The notes beneath the pieces were generated by a model. It searched no databases, was not told the origin of the DNA, and saw nothing but the letters and a program-made list of their open reading frames with translations. A stretch of DNA of 64,000 nt, taken from Phyllobates terribilis (Eukaryota). The stretch lies in assembly GCF_046119375.1 (NCBI RefSeq), contig NW_027362767.1, positions 203,670,001-203,734,000 on the forward strand, given 5' to 3'. A program made the translations under genes and the position numbers. Below are positions 24,101 to 33,117 of the stretch, in pieces (position 1 is the first letter of the stretch; each line of letters starts with the position of its first letter).

Positions 24101-25226
24101 AACGGCTCAAACAGCAGCTAGAGCCTTCCAGCAGCACTTCTGCCGTCCACACGGCTACCCAGAGCAGGTGCTGACGGACCAGGGACCTGCCTTTGAAGCG
24201 GAGGTCTTCCAAGAGTTCTGTACTCTGTATGGCTGCCGGAAGATCAGGACGACACCCTATCATCCGCAAACTAATGGACTTTGTGAGAAAATGAACCAGG
24301 TGGTGATAGATCTTCTAAAAACATTGCCCCTGGAAGAACGCAGTCTGTGGCCTGAGAAGCTGCCCGACCTGGTGGACCTATACAACTACATCCCTGTAGG
24401 TTCCACCAACTGTACCCCGGCTTACCTAATGAGGGCAAGACCCGGTAAGCTACCTGTTGACCTGGAGATGGGAGTCCTGACACCCGAGGACACTTCACCG
24501 GAAGCAGACTGGGACACAGAGAGGCAGCAGCAGTACTGGAAAGTACAGGAGAGCGTGGAGCGAAGTCTCTGTCTAGCTAGGGAAAGACAAGAGAAAACTT
24601 ACAACCAGTATGCTCCCGCTGTTCCCTTGGTACCCGGAGAGCAGGTCTTGAAGAGGAAAAGACGGCTCCACAAGTTGGACGACCAGTGGGAGAAGGACCC
24701 GTACATCGTACTGCCCTCAAGCCACGACAACCCGAAGGTCTGTACCATCAGTAAAGACGGAGGGGAAACCACAACCATTGTATCCCGGGATCACCTGAAG
24801 AAGTGTCCCGAACAGCTACGGACTCCTGAAGAGGAACAAGAAGACCCTCGACCCGTAGAGGAAAGGGAAGATGTGGTTAGTACTGTGCTCGGAGACTTCC
24901 CTCGGTCCTGGACTCAAGTCAATGGTGCAGCTGTGGTACCCGTCCTCACGTTCCTCCAACCAGCATCCCAAGTACTCACAGAGCAACCGGTAGAGCTGGA
25001 AGAACAGCCGGTCCAGGAGGCAGAAGACTCCACACAAGCAGATCAGGAGGATCAACCCTCTGCTTATAGTGAGCCTGCCATACCCCTAGTGAGCCAAAGA
25101 GCCTGTAGACAGCTGCCCAGTTTACCCTTGACAGCTCCTACACCCTGTAGTTCAGGGCCAGACAGTCAGCTCCGTAGGTCCACTAGGGCCACTAAAGGCC
25201 AGCTACCCGCACGTTGGAGAATTTGA
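20970..25226 (+). CDS. pol: Pol polyprotein (PR-RT-RNase H-IN), probably expressed by -1 frameshift near 21096; the GTG start in the ORF track is probably not used
   Basis: Protease LLDTGSQVT. RT LDLTSGYWQ, MPFGLCNAPGTFQRLM and YLDD. RNase H TDASNIGLGAVL and DNNPL. Integrase HHCC (YHDGAGHFG...CRDCGPC), LDH, TDQG and GLCEKMN. No internal stops. Confidence 0.97.
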   Translation: MAPTKEDPTGQRKTQRPIQRGRTIYLPPLQSTRTYGKVLSFKLAQPRVEGQPLGKRSSGPSNWRDKYVGGRPVLPVVLDGIPMSALLDTGSQVTTIPYVLFKQYWNDSDITRYPDDDLSIIASNGQPVPQIGFKEVTIKIGRVELAAQGLIIVDIDKRESHPKITLGTNVIENCLAEVIFILQQVAKNASSGQQRVLQKEIRALMRRQQVELSGGEIGSVRMCDPFPIAMPPKSEMMIWCRAAIGLRGRDYQAMVEPVYTDSRPTILTARGVVNVRHGRVLVRIINIGKREVYLPRYATLAKLYTINQNSIQSVEPLPPSSPEEGNGSKQQMEDWCQQLHLGTDSTPSHQKQEVYRVVQEYERVFSKHPLDFGRVKGVEHHIPTGDHPPIKERYRPVPPAHYQHAKGMLRDMKEAGVIRESCSPWAAPLVLVKKKDNTMRMCVDYRKINCITHKDAYPLPRIEESLAALKYANFFSTLDLTSGYWQVPVAEADREKTAFTTPMGLSEFTCMPFGLCNAPGTFQRLMECCLGHRNFETVLLYLDDVIVYSKTYEDHLKHLAEVFEALASYGLKVKPSKCHLLKPKVQYLGHVVSADGVAPDPDKITAIKEWSSPSSVKEVRQFLGLVGYYRRFIPGFTKKAAPMQDLLIGQSRKAKNQKPPFRWEKLEEESFRQLKMALKGDEILAYPDYSQPFILYTDASNIGLGAVLSQIQQGKEGVIAYASRKLRPTERNPENYSSFKLEFLAVVWAVTERFKHYLASSRFTVYTDNNPLTHLDTARLGALEQRWMARLSNYEFTIKYRAGRSNTNADALSRMPNLPDEGEDSEDLEEVELPAFHRHGTIQYSHRVRGKQAATFNPLPHYNWAETQDSDPAVRLVKEMLTQPEARLDPDAPEEAKQLWAEKSRLFLYKGKLCRRMVNSRTHELIWQVVVPRRDAAMEMEAYHDGAGHFGWKKLEFLLRGRFHWVGMRGTIERWCRDCGPCNLRRKDRASQKTPLQSIVTRQPLELVALDHVKLTPSRSGYVYALTIVDHYSRFLVVVPVKDLTAQTAARAFQQHFCRPHGYPEQVLTDQGPAFEAEVFQEFCTLYGCRKIRTTPYHPQTNGLCEKMNQVVIDLLKTLPLEERSLWPEKLPDLVDLYNYIPVGSTNCTPAYLMRARPGKLPVDLEMGVLTPEDTSPEADWDTERQQQYWKVQESVERSLCLARERQEKTYNQYAPAVPLVPGEQVLKRKRRLHKLDDQWEKDPYIVLPSSHDNPKVCTISKDGGETTTIVSRDHLKKCPEQLRTPEEEQEDPRPVEEREDVVSTVLGDFPRSWTQVNGAAVVPVLTFLQPASQVLTEQPVELEEQPVQEAEDSTQADQEDQPSAYSEPAIPLVSQRACRQLPSLPLTAPTPCSSGPDSQLRRSTRATKGQLPARWRI
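21090..21148 (+). promoter_or_regulatory. Predicted -1 programmed ribosomal frameshift signal (T TTA AAC plus H-type pseudoknot)
   Basis: The slippery heptamer 21090-21096 is in phase with gag. Stem 1 is CCTAGGG/CCCTAGG and stem 2 is GGGCC/GGCCC. pol is in the -1 frame. Confidence 0.8.
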
Positions 25227-25579
25227 AGTGTTTAAATTGTTTTATTTGTGGTCACCTGTCTGTTACTTGTAAATAATTATGTGTTTCTAGTTATTTTTAG
25301 GAGTCCTTGGTGGATTTACCGGGAATCCTTGTACAATTGGTTGGAGCGTAACTTAGGAATGGACTAAAGACTGTTAAGGACTCGGGGCAGGACAGACCCC
25401 TACCTGGTTACGTCTCCCTGTTTTGGTGAAATGGACACCTTGCTTTTCTTCAAAAACTGCACCCGGTTGCGGACACGCCGTGACCATTCTAATATGTTTT
25501 TTTTTCTATTGTACCGTTTCTGTTTGTATTGGTTATGTTTTTCTAAAATATGTTTAGTCCCGGAGTACTAAGTTTCACT

Positions 25580-25588
25580 AGGGAGGAA
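25580..25588 (+). promoter_or_regulatory. Polypurine tract of element 1
   Basis: AGGGAGGAA lies immediately before the 3' LTR TG. Confidence 0.8.
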
Positions 25589-26580
25589 TGTGGCACCCCA
25601 GGGGTCTGGTTTCCACAGTAACAGCAGTGTTATGTCTGAGAGCAGGTGGGAGGTCTCTTGGTCAGGAATCCTATGCATGCCACACCTCCTGCCCGGTCCT
25701 GGGAGGGGAAGGACTTCCCCTATATAAACCTGGGGCTGAGGCAGGGTTAGAGAAGAAGAGTAGAGCGAAGAAGAGAAGCAGTGATAGGAAAGAAAGATCA
25801 GGAGCTCTGTGGGAGTCGTGCTAAGAGGAGATCAGGGCTGGAAGCTGTAGAGCTCGCCCTGATTGAAGATTTCTTACCGGACCCGGAGTCCGAGGCTGTG
25901 GGGACTAACTCCTACCCAGCAGCAGAAACCGACCGGCAGGGGATTTCAGGTCCTCTGGCCCAGAAACCCGAAGGCTCGGTCACACGTTTGGGACCAGCAC
26001 CGTCGTCGTGGAGCGGAAGCTACTAGAAGGCCCCGAGTCAAAGGCCATACGGGTGAGCACCACACGGTACACTCAGGGACGTGGGCTACCTTTACCCGCC
26101 TCTAGCAAGGTAGCCAGAAGAGTACAATTAGTTGGGGAGGCCTACAACTCCGCCTGGCCAAGGGGGATCCCATCTGCTCAAGGACTGACCAGGCCCCAAC
26201 CGCTAGCCAGTACTCCGGGAGGGTCTATCTTTGTCACCAGTAAAGACCCTGAACTACACCGTATCGTCTCTGAGTGATTCCTGCTACCCCCATCATCCAC
26301 GTCGGCTGCCCTGAGGCCATACCCCTCCCGTTGGGGGTTATACCATCCACGCTGCACCATCCTCCCACCGGCCTCAGCGGTTTGCCCTGCAGCGGCAGCT
26401 CCATAGCTGCATTCAACGGGTGGCGTAGTCGTTCTACATCTACTGCTAATATACCGCCACTTAGTCTGACTCCCTGGGCACGGACCGGGTCACCGCCACG
26501 AGACTACTACCCCTATCAGATCCGGCTCCGGGTAGTCCCTGCGTGCGCAACGCTACATCACATAGGCCCAGGGCGCGTCA
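25589..26580 (+). repeat. 3' LTR of gypsy element 1
   Basis: Direct repeat of 18701-19692 at offset 6888. Confidence 0.95.
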
Positions 26581-27375
26581 CATTTCTCCAACATAAACAG
26601 AAAATAACCATGACTCAGCATGAAGGAACAAAATAAACAAAACAGCCCATATATGAGAACACAGGCATTGCAGACCTTGTCAGCCTATTGCAGAGATGAC
26701 CAGTACATCAGAGGTGTTTCCACCTCAACCCCCAGGACTGAATGAGGCAGGTGAGCTGCCTTTTATGGCCCGTTCATAATCCTAGAACTGGAGCTAAGGG
26801 AACGGCCAGTCCCATCCAGCTCTTTGGCCATTCCAAAAAACCGGACCCAAAAATCCGGGCCCATAAAAACATCTCTCAGCACTATACATGCTGGAGCCTG
26901 CTGCACCGGGCCCTACATCACCTAGGCTTGCCACCTTGTTAACACTTACCTCCCATCCAGGACCTGTCCAGCTGCCACCTTACAATGAGTACGAATGCTA
27001 TCTGTCAAAACCACGGATAGTACTTGTCCGATTTAAACGATCATGGGCATGAACCCTTATAACGAGCTCACTGACGGATTTCCGATTAACTCATTCTGAT
27101 GCCAACAATGGAAAGTACAAAACAGATGCATGAAAGAAGACCAGGAAGACTCAGGACCAGGATAAAGCGCCTGTGGGGTGCAAAATGGCTGTTGTCTGAA
27201 CCTTTTAATATTCCACTGGCTACCACGCTGTAGTCTTTTGATAATTTGGAATAAAGTCTATTGATATTTTTATTCGGGTGAGTGCCGCAGTTCATTTTCT
27301 CTACATTGCTTATATTAGTGGACTTCCTATATACCTGCTGAGCACCACTTGAAATAAAGGGGATAACTGTTTCGC

Positions 27376-27795
27376 TGTTATGTTCTGCTACCAGAGCTAA
27401 GGAAAGAGAGGAGATCTGTCCCTACGATAGAACTCAGCTGAATCCCTACGATGTAACAGGGAACCTGATCCTGCGATCAGACCTGCTAAAGTCCTAAGCT
27501 AGTCTGTACGGAGACCTATAGATGTGGGGAAGGAATCCCTACAAGTACTAAGGACTGGGAGGAAAATGGGTCACCTCCTAACAGAAATAGTAGCAGACAG
27601 ACGAACAAACAAAATATATAGAACATAGAGGTCCGTAGACCAAGCAAACTAACAGAGTTAGATACAAAGCACAGGCTAGCTAGAAAGTAGTTATACAATG
27701 AAGTCCAGCAAAGCCAGAAGGGCGGAGCAGGATTAAATAGGCCAACAAGGTCATGTGACCAGCAAAGGAAAAAACCTAAGAGCAAGGTTCTAACA
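27376..27795 (-). repeat. 3' LTR of chromovirus element 2 (420 bp); PPT AAGGGGGG lies just upstream on the minus strand (plus ~27799-27806)
   Basis: TG...CA termini. Two substitutions and one 1-bp indel relative to the other LTR. Confidence 0.95.
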
Positions 27796-27806
27796 GTACC
27801 CCCCTT

Positions 27807-29261
27807 CTAAGAGGATCCTCCGGATCCCCTAGGACCAGGCTTATCAGGAAATCTCCTGTGAAACGCTCTGATAAGTCTGGACTCGGAAACATCATCTGAC
27901 CTCACCCAAGAGTTATCCTCGGGTCCGAAACCTTTCCAGGCCACAAGATACTGTAAACTACCTCTATACCGTCTAGAGTTAAGGATGCGAGAAATTTCAT
28001 ATTCCCCGTCCTCCACCACCGGTGGAACAGAGGCAGAGGCGTCACCATCCGACACAACAGCTTTTTTTAACAGAGAGACATGAAATACCGGATTAATTCT
28101 CCAGGAGGTAGGAACCTCCAACCTAACAGCAGATTGGTTGACTACCTGAAGCACCTTAAAGGGCCCTACAAACTTGGGACCCAATTTCTTAGAAGGAATC
28201 CTCAACCGCAGATTCCTAGAGGACAACCAAACCATGTCACCAACAGCGAACAAAACCTCCTGTCGTTTCCTATCAAAGTAGTCTTTAGATTTTCTGTTGG
28301 CCTCCTGAAGATTACCACGCACATCCGTCCAAATTCTCTCCAAATCACCGGAAAAATTCTCCTCCTCAGGCACGGCAGATCCCAACTTGGAGAACGACCC
28401 AAACGACGGATGTCTCCCAGAACAACAAAAAAAAGGCGAACAACCAGCAGAAGAAGATGTATGATTGTTCAGAGCAAATTCAGCAAGTGGCAGAAACTCA
28501 GACCACCCCTCTTGATTGTCTGCCACAAAACAACGCAAGAACTGCTCAACATCCTGGTTTTTCCTTTCTGTCTGGCCATTAGATTCAGGATGATATCCGG
28601 ACGAGAACGACAAATGAACTCCCAACCTGTCACAAAAGGCACGCCAAAAACGAGCCACGAACTGAGGACCCCTATCAGAAACAATGTCAGTAGGAACGCC
28701 ATGAAGTCTGACAATTTCCTTGACAAAGGCCTTAGCGAGAGTTTTAGCGCAGGGCAGTTTGACGAAGGGAACCAAGTGACACATCTTGCTAAAACGGTCC
28801 ACGACCACCCAGATGACAGTAAAACCCTCAGAGGGGGGAAGGTCAGTTATAAAGTCCATAGCCAAATGTGTCCAAGGAGCACTGGGAACCTCCAAAGGAC
28901 AAAGCAACCCCGCAGCAGGAGTATGTGAGGACTTAGATCTAGCACATATAGTACATTGACGCACCCACTTAATGACCTCCTTCTGCCATCCAGGCCACCA
29001 AAAACTGCGACCCACCAGTCTCTTGGTCTCAGAGATTCCGGGATGACCTGCCAACCGAGACTCGTGACACTCAACAAACAAATCTCTCCTAAAGGTCCCA
29101 GGCACAAACAACCTCCCATGAGGAGTGTTAGATGGGGCATTCTCCTGTGCTTTAAGAATCTCATCTTCCAAAACGGAGTCCAAAGCAGCTATCACAACAC
29201 CTTCTTGTAAAATGTTCTCCTCTTTCTCAGCACCGACTATGGGAGAAAAACTGCGAGACAA
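27807..29261 (-). CDS. pol: C-terminal part of Gag-Pol: integrase plus chromodomain (in frame with the upstream ORF, beyond a premature TAG)
   Basis: CHESRLAGHPG...CTIC zinc finger. MDFITDLP, VSDRGPQF and GQTERKNQ catalytic core. GPF motif. YEISRILNSRRYRGSLQYLVAWKGFGPEDNSW chromodomain. Confidence 0.92.
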   Translation of the reverse strand: MSRSFSPIVGAEKEENILQEGVVIAALDSVLEDEILKAQENAPSNTPHGRLFVPGTFRRDLFVECHESRLAGHPGISETKRLVGRSFWWPGWQKEVIKWVRQCTICARSKSSHTPAAGLLCPLEVPSAPWTHLAMDFITDLPPSEGFTVIWVVVDRFSKMCHLVPFVKLPCAKTLAKAFVKEIVRLHGVPTDIVSDRGPQFVARFWRAFCDRLGVHLSFSSGYHPESNGQTERKNQDVEQFLRCFVADNQEGWSEFLPLAEFALNNHTSSSAGCSPFFCCSGRHPSFGSFSKLGSAVPEEENFSGDLERIWTDVRGNLQEANRKSKDYFDRKRQEVLFAVGDMVWLSSRNLRLRIPSKKLGPKFVGPFKVLQVVNQSAVRLEVPTSWRINPVFHVSLLKKAVVSDGDASASVPPVVEDGEYEISRILNSRRYRGSLQYLVAWKGFGPEDNSWVRSDDVSESRLIRAFHRRFPDKPGPRGSGGSS

Positions 29262-29333
29262 GGCATCCGCCTTAACATTCTTAGTACCAGGGATGTAAGT
29301 AACGGAGAAATTAAACCGCGAGAAAAACAGTGC

Positions 29334-31874
29334 CTACCTAGCCTGACGGGCATTCAGGCGCTTGGCAGCATCAAGATATATCAGATTTTTATGATCCGTA
29401 AGAACCTGAACGGGAAATTCCGCACCTTCCAAGAAGTGGCGCCAGTGTTCAAATGCGAGTTTATTAGCCAATAATTCCCGATTACCAATATCGTAATTCA
29501 GTTCAGTCTCCGAAAATTTTTTTGAAAAAAAGGCACAGGGATGTAATCCATCCCCGTTATCCTGAGACAATACTGCGCCAACCCCCACAGAGGAAGCATC
29601 AACCTCAACCAAAAACGGCTTAGTCACATCAGGCTGCATAAGGATGGGAGCAGAGGTGAACCTCTCCTTGAGATACACAAAAGCTTCAATGGCCTCAGAA
29701 GACCACTGAACCGCATCAGCACCTTTCCTGGTGAGATCGGTCAGAGGTTTGACAATACTAGAAAATTTTTTTATGAATTTTCTGTAATAATTGGCGAAAC
29801 CTAAAAACCTCTGTATCGATTTCAAACCAATAGGCCTAGGCCATTCCTGCACAGCCTGAACCTTAACCGGGTCCATCTCAAAACCATCGCTGGAGATAAT
29901 GTAGCCCAAAAATCTAATTCTCTGTACAGCGAACTCACATTTCTCCAGCTTAGCAAAAAGCGAATTGTCCATTAATAACTGTAATACCTCACGCACGCTC
30001 CGCCAATGAGACTCCAGATCCGGCGAATAAATCAAAATGTCATCCAAATACACAACCACATTTTTGCCGATCAAAGGTCTAAGGATGTCATTAATCAGAT
30101 TCTGAAAAAATGCAGGAGCATTAGTAAGACCAAAAGGCATAACCAGATTCTCAAAATGACCCACAGGAGTGTTAAAAGCAGTCTTCCATTCATCACCCTC
30201 CTTCATGCGCAACAGATTGTATGCCCCCTTAAGGTCAATTTTAGAGAACCACTTGGCCCCCATTAACTGGTTAAACAGATCAGGAATCAATGGCAGTGGG
30301 TAAGGATTGCGTACAGTAATTTTGTTAATCTCACGAAAATCCAGACAAGGACGTAAACCGCCGTCCTTTTTTTTTACAAAAAAAAATCCAACCGCCACAG
30401 GAGACTTAGAGGGCCTAATGTGACCGGCGGCCAAACTTGTCTGTATGTATTCCTCCAAAGCCTTCCTCTCAGGAATAGTAAGGTTAAATAAACGACTTTT
30501 AGGAAGAGTCGCTCCAGGGACAAATTCAATAGAACAATCATAGTCTCTATGGGGAGGCAAAACCTGCGATTCCTTCTCAGAAAAAACTCTCCAAAAATCC
30601 TGAATAGGAACAGGCAATTCTCCCCTATCCAAAGCTGCAATACGCCCGTTACAACACTTGTCATAACATTTATGGCTCCAGGATTTAATTTCACTGGTAG
30701 ACCAATCCAGTACAGGATTGTGAAATTTTAACCAGGGCAATCCCAATATTACTGGAGAAGGCAAGTTATTCAACACTACCAAATCCAATTTCTCATGGTG
30801 AACACCATTAATAGTGAGAGGAAATTCACAGACCTTGAGAGTAATATTCTTCAAAGGGGAACCATCCACAGAAACCACAGCAATGGGGGATGATAAAGGT
30901 TCGGGTTTTAAATTGAGTCTTTCCAAGAATCCCCCATCAATTACATTCAGAGTAGACCCACAATCAACAAACACCCGAAATTCCATTAATTTTTCCTGAG
31001 CAATCGTGGAAGCAGCTAAAAATACACCCTTGGAATTTAAACAGGCAATACGGGCATGACTGACCATTTTTTTTTCTTTCTTCATACGAAGCTCACAGTC
31101 TTTAATTAAATGACCAGATTTTCCGCAATAGAAACACAAGCCTTCAGAAAATCTGCGATCTTTTTCTTGAGAGCGAGGTGCCACCGATCCAATCTCCATC
31201 GGTTCACCACTGTTAGTACACACATTCTCATAACCAGAAACTGACATAGCAGAGGATTTGCTCTCATTAACCCTTGCACGCAGTCTCCTATCCACCCGTA
31301 TAGCTAATTGCATAGCCTGTTGCAAATCTTCAGGTGTAGGATAAGCAATTAGCAGGTCTTTAACCCTTTCATTGAGCCCAGCAAGAAATAGACTTTTCAG
31401 AGCAGAATCGTTCCACCCTGTTTGAGTAGACCAACGACGGAAATGAGTACAATATTTTTCCACATTACCTGATCCCTGTTTCAAACATCTCAACTCAGTC
31501 TCAGCTGATGCGACACGGTCAGGATCATCATATAATAGTCCCAAAGCAGAAAAAAAACTATCCACTGATCTGAAGCATGTATCACTAGGTTGCAAAGAAA
31601 AGACCCACTCCTGAGGCTCTTTGCGCAAAAGTGACATTATGAACCCTATGCGCTGGGATTCATCTCCAGAGGACTTGGGTCTCAAACGAAAATACAATAA
31701 GCAAGCATTTTTAAATGAAAAAAATTCTCGGTGTTCACCAAAAAATAAATCCGGCAAACATACCTTAGGCTCCAAGAAATGTGCTCCAGGACAGTTACTC
31801 ACGTGCTGACGGAGCTCGGCCACCTCCAGAGAGAGTCCCTGCAGGCGATGAGCCAAATCCTGAACCGACACCAT
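29334..31874 (-). CDS. gag-pol: Gag-protease-RT-RNase H part of the fused Gag-Pol (846 aa, truncated by TAG)
   Basis: PEG10/RTL-like gag, CFYCGKSGHLIKDC knuckle, protease VFVDCGSTL, RT IDLKGAYNLLR and YLDD, RNase H VDASSVGVGAVL and TDHKNL. Confidence 0.93.
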   Translation of the reverse strand: MVSVQDLAHRLQGLSLEVAELRQHVSNCPGAHFLEPKVCLPDLFFGEHREFFSFKNACLLYFRLRPKSSGDESQRIGFIMSLLRKEPQEWVFSLQPSDTCFRSVDSFFSALGLLYDDPDRVASAETELRCLKQGSGNVEKYCTHFRRWSTQTGWNDSALKSLFLAGLNERVKDLLIAYPTPEDLQQAMQLAIRVDRRLRARVNESKSSAMSVSGYENVCTNSGEPMEIGSVAPRSQEKDRRFSEGLCFYCGKSGHLIKDCELRMKKEKKMVSHARIACLNSKGVFLAASTIAQEKLMEFRVFVDCGSTLNVIDGGFLERLNLKPEPLSSPIAVVSVDGSPLKNITLKVCEFPLTINGVHHEKLDLVVLNNLPSPVILGLPWLKFHNPVLDWSTSEIKSWSHKCYDKCCNGRIAALDRGELPVPIQDFWRVFSEKESQVLPPHRDYDCSIEFVPGATLPKSRLFNLTIPERKALEEYIQTSLAAGHIRPSKSPVAVGFFFVKKKDGGLRPCLDFREINKITVRNPYPLPLIPDLFNQLMGAKWFSKIDLKGAYNLLRMKEGDEWKTAFNTPVGHFENLVMPFGLTNAPAFFQNLINDILRPLIGKNVVVYLDDILIYSPDLESHWRSVREVLQLLMDNSLFAKLEKCEFAVQRIRFLGYIISSDGFEMDPVKVQAVQEWPRPIGLKSIQRFLGFANYYRKFIKKFSSIVKPLTDLTRKGADAVQWSSEAIEAFVYLKERFTSAPILMQPDVTKPFLVEVDASSVGVGAVLSQDNGDGLHPCAFFSKKFSETELNYDIGNRELLANKLAFEHWRHFLEGAEFPVQVLTDHKNLIYLDAAKRLNARQAR

Positions 31875-31911
31875 GATGGAACAGAAAAATCTTTTCTTAG
31901 AGAATTTGCAG

Positions 31912-31920
31912 GCTGGACTT
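31912..31920 (-). promoter_or_regulatory. Self-priming PBS (Tf1/sushi type)
   Basis: Minus-strand AAGTCCAGC, 2 nt after the 5' LTR, is exactly complementary to GCTGGACTT in the LTR (plus 32248-32256). That LTR motif lies ~30 nt downstream of TATTTAA. There is no TGG tRNA-type PBS. Confidence 0.8.
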
Positions 31921-31922
31921 AC

Positions 31923-32343
31923 TGTTATGTTCTGCTACCAGAGCTAAGGAAAGAGAGGAGATCTGTCCCTACGATAGAACTCAGCTGAATCCCTACGATG
32001 TAACAGGGAACCTGATCCTGCGATCAGACCTGCTAAAGTCCTAAGCTAGTCTGTACAGAGACCTATAGATGTGGGGAAGGAATCCCTACAAGTACTAAGG
32101 ACTGGGAGGAAAATGGGACACCTCCTAACAGAAATAGTAGCAGACAGACGAACAAACAAAATATATAGAACATAGAGGTCCGTAGACCAAGCAAACTAAC
32201 AGAGTTAGATACAAAGCACAGGCTAGCTAGAAAGTAGTTATACAATGAAGTCCAGCAAAGCCAGAAGGGCGGAGCAGGATTAAATAGGCCCAACAAGGTC
32301 ATGTGACCAGCAAAGGAAAAAACCTAAGAGCAAGGTTCTAACA
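31923..32343 (-). repeat. 5' LTR of chromovirus element 2 (421 bp), TATA-like TATTTAA at plus 32280-32286
   Basis: Direct repeat of 27376-27795. Confidence 0.95.
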
Positions 32344-32494
32344 TTCGCTGCGTGCCGTTATTTCTCTTCTCTCGGATTGTAAACATCTTTTTTATTAAAT
32401 CTAACTGCAAAAATGATTTTTAGCCCCAATTACATACATATGAGTAAAACAAAAATCTTCAAAGGTATTAGGGTTAGATGAAAATAGATGAGTC

Positions 32495-32572
32495 TTAATT
32501 GTAAAGTGCTGTGGAATATGTTGGTGCTAATATGTTGGCGCTATATAAATAAAGATTATTATTATTATTATT
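32495..32572 (+). mobile_element. Short 5'-truncated L2-type LINE/SINE 3' end with (ATT)n tail and 11-bp TSD
   Basis: GTAAAGTGCTGTGGAATATGTTGG...CGCTATATAAATAAAGATTATTATT. ATAGATGAGTC is duplicated at 32484-32494 and 32573-32583. Confidence 0.8.
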
Positions 32573-32660
32573 ATAGATGAGTCCTGGAGCACTTTACCGG
32601 TAGTAGTTGGGACTGTTAGATCTATGCTGTATAGTTGGGGTTGTGAGTGTTCTGTATAAC

Positions 32661-33047
32661 TTAAAGATGAAAGTCTGCAGTCTCTCTACTCTATGTGACT
32701 GCAGACTTTGTACTTCTCACAGTGCACACACTGTGAGGATTCTCCGTTGCCAAGAGGAGAAGGTCACGTGACCGCAAGTATAAAATTTTCATACATGCAG
32801 TTACATGCTGACTAGACGTGCACATCCTCACTCAATACAAGTGAATTGAGTAAGTCTGGACACGTCTAGACGGAATGTGGCTGAAAGTCCGCAAATTGCA
32901 TACTTGGTTTCACGTAACCGCCCCCTTCCGGCGCCTCCTCACAGCTCACAGTGCGTACACTGTTATAATTCAAAACTCTGTAATCACATAAGAGTAGTCA
33001 CATAGAGTGACTGCGACTTTACCCTCAAACCAGGACAACCCCTTTAA
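32661..33047. mobile_element. Kolobok/T2-type MITE (same family as 4997-5370; left end eroded)
   Basis: Starts TTAAAG. The interior is palindromic with GTGACTGCAGAC motifs. Ends GGACAACCCCTTTAA. Confidence 0.7.
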
Positions 33048-33117
33048 GTGTATGGTTAGTCTGAGTGCTTAGCTTTTTGGAGCTTGCTGGGCCTGTGGGA
33101 AATTGATGACTCATGGC

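Larger units (their letters stand above)
18701..26580 (+). mobile_element. Full-length, apparently intact Ty3/gypsy LTR retrotransposon (7880 bp), 4-bp TSD CATT
   Basis: Two 992-bp TG...CA LTRs. CATT flanks at 18697-18700 and 26581-26584. PBS, PPT and uninterrupted gag and pol (PR-RT-RH-IN order) are present. Confidence 0.97.
27376..32343 (-). mobile_element. Full-length sushi-like chromovirus (Ty3/gypsy) LTR retrotransposon, 4968 bp, 5-bp TSD TTCGC
   Basis: LTRs at 27376-27795 and 31923-32343. TTCGC at 27371-27375 and 32344-32348. A single gag-pol frame ends in a chromodomain. Confidence 0.96.

Noticed and set aside
20970-25226. Gmr1-type (IN before RT) or env-bearing element
   Set aside because: The order is the standard PR-RT-RH-IN. 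The ~360 bp between pol and the PPT has no env-like ORF.
27086-27360. Possible Penelope pseudo-LTR or 3' end upstream of the chromovirus
   Set aside because: Only vague motifs (AATAAA, GAGTGCCGC) are present, not enough to support a call.
28080-28928. 282-aa antisense ORF over the chromovirus integrase
   Set aside because: It is a shadow ORF of the conserved sense frame with no domain signal.
29334-29336. APOBEC-type G-to-A hypermutation
   Set aside because: Only one TGG-to-TAG change is seen, with no clustering of G-to-A changes.
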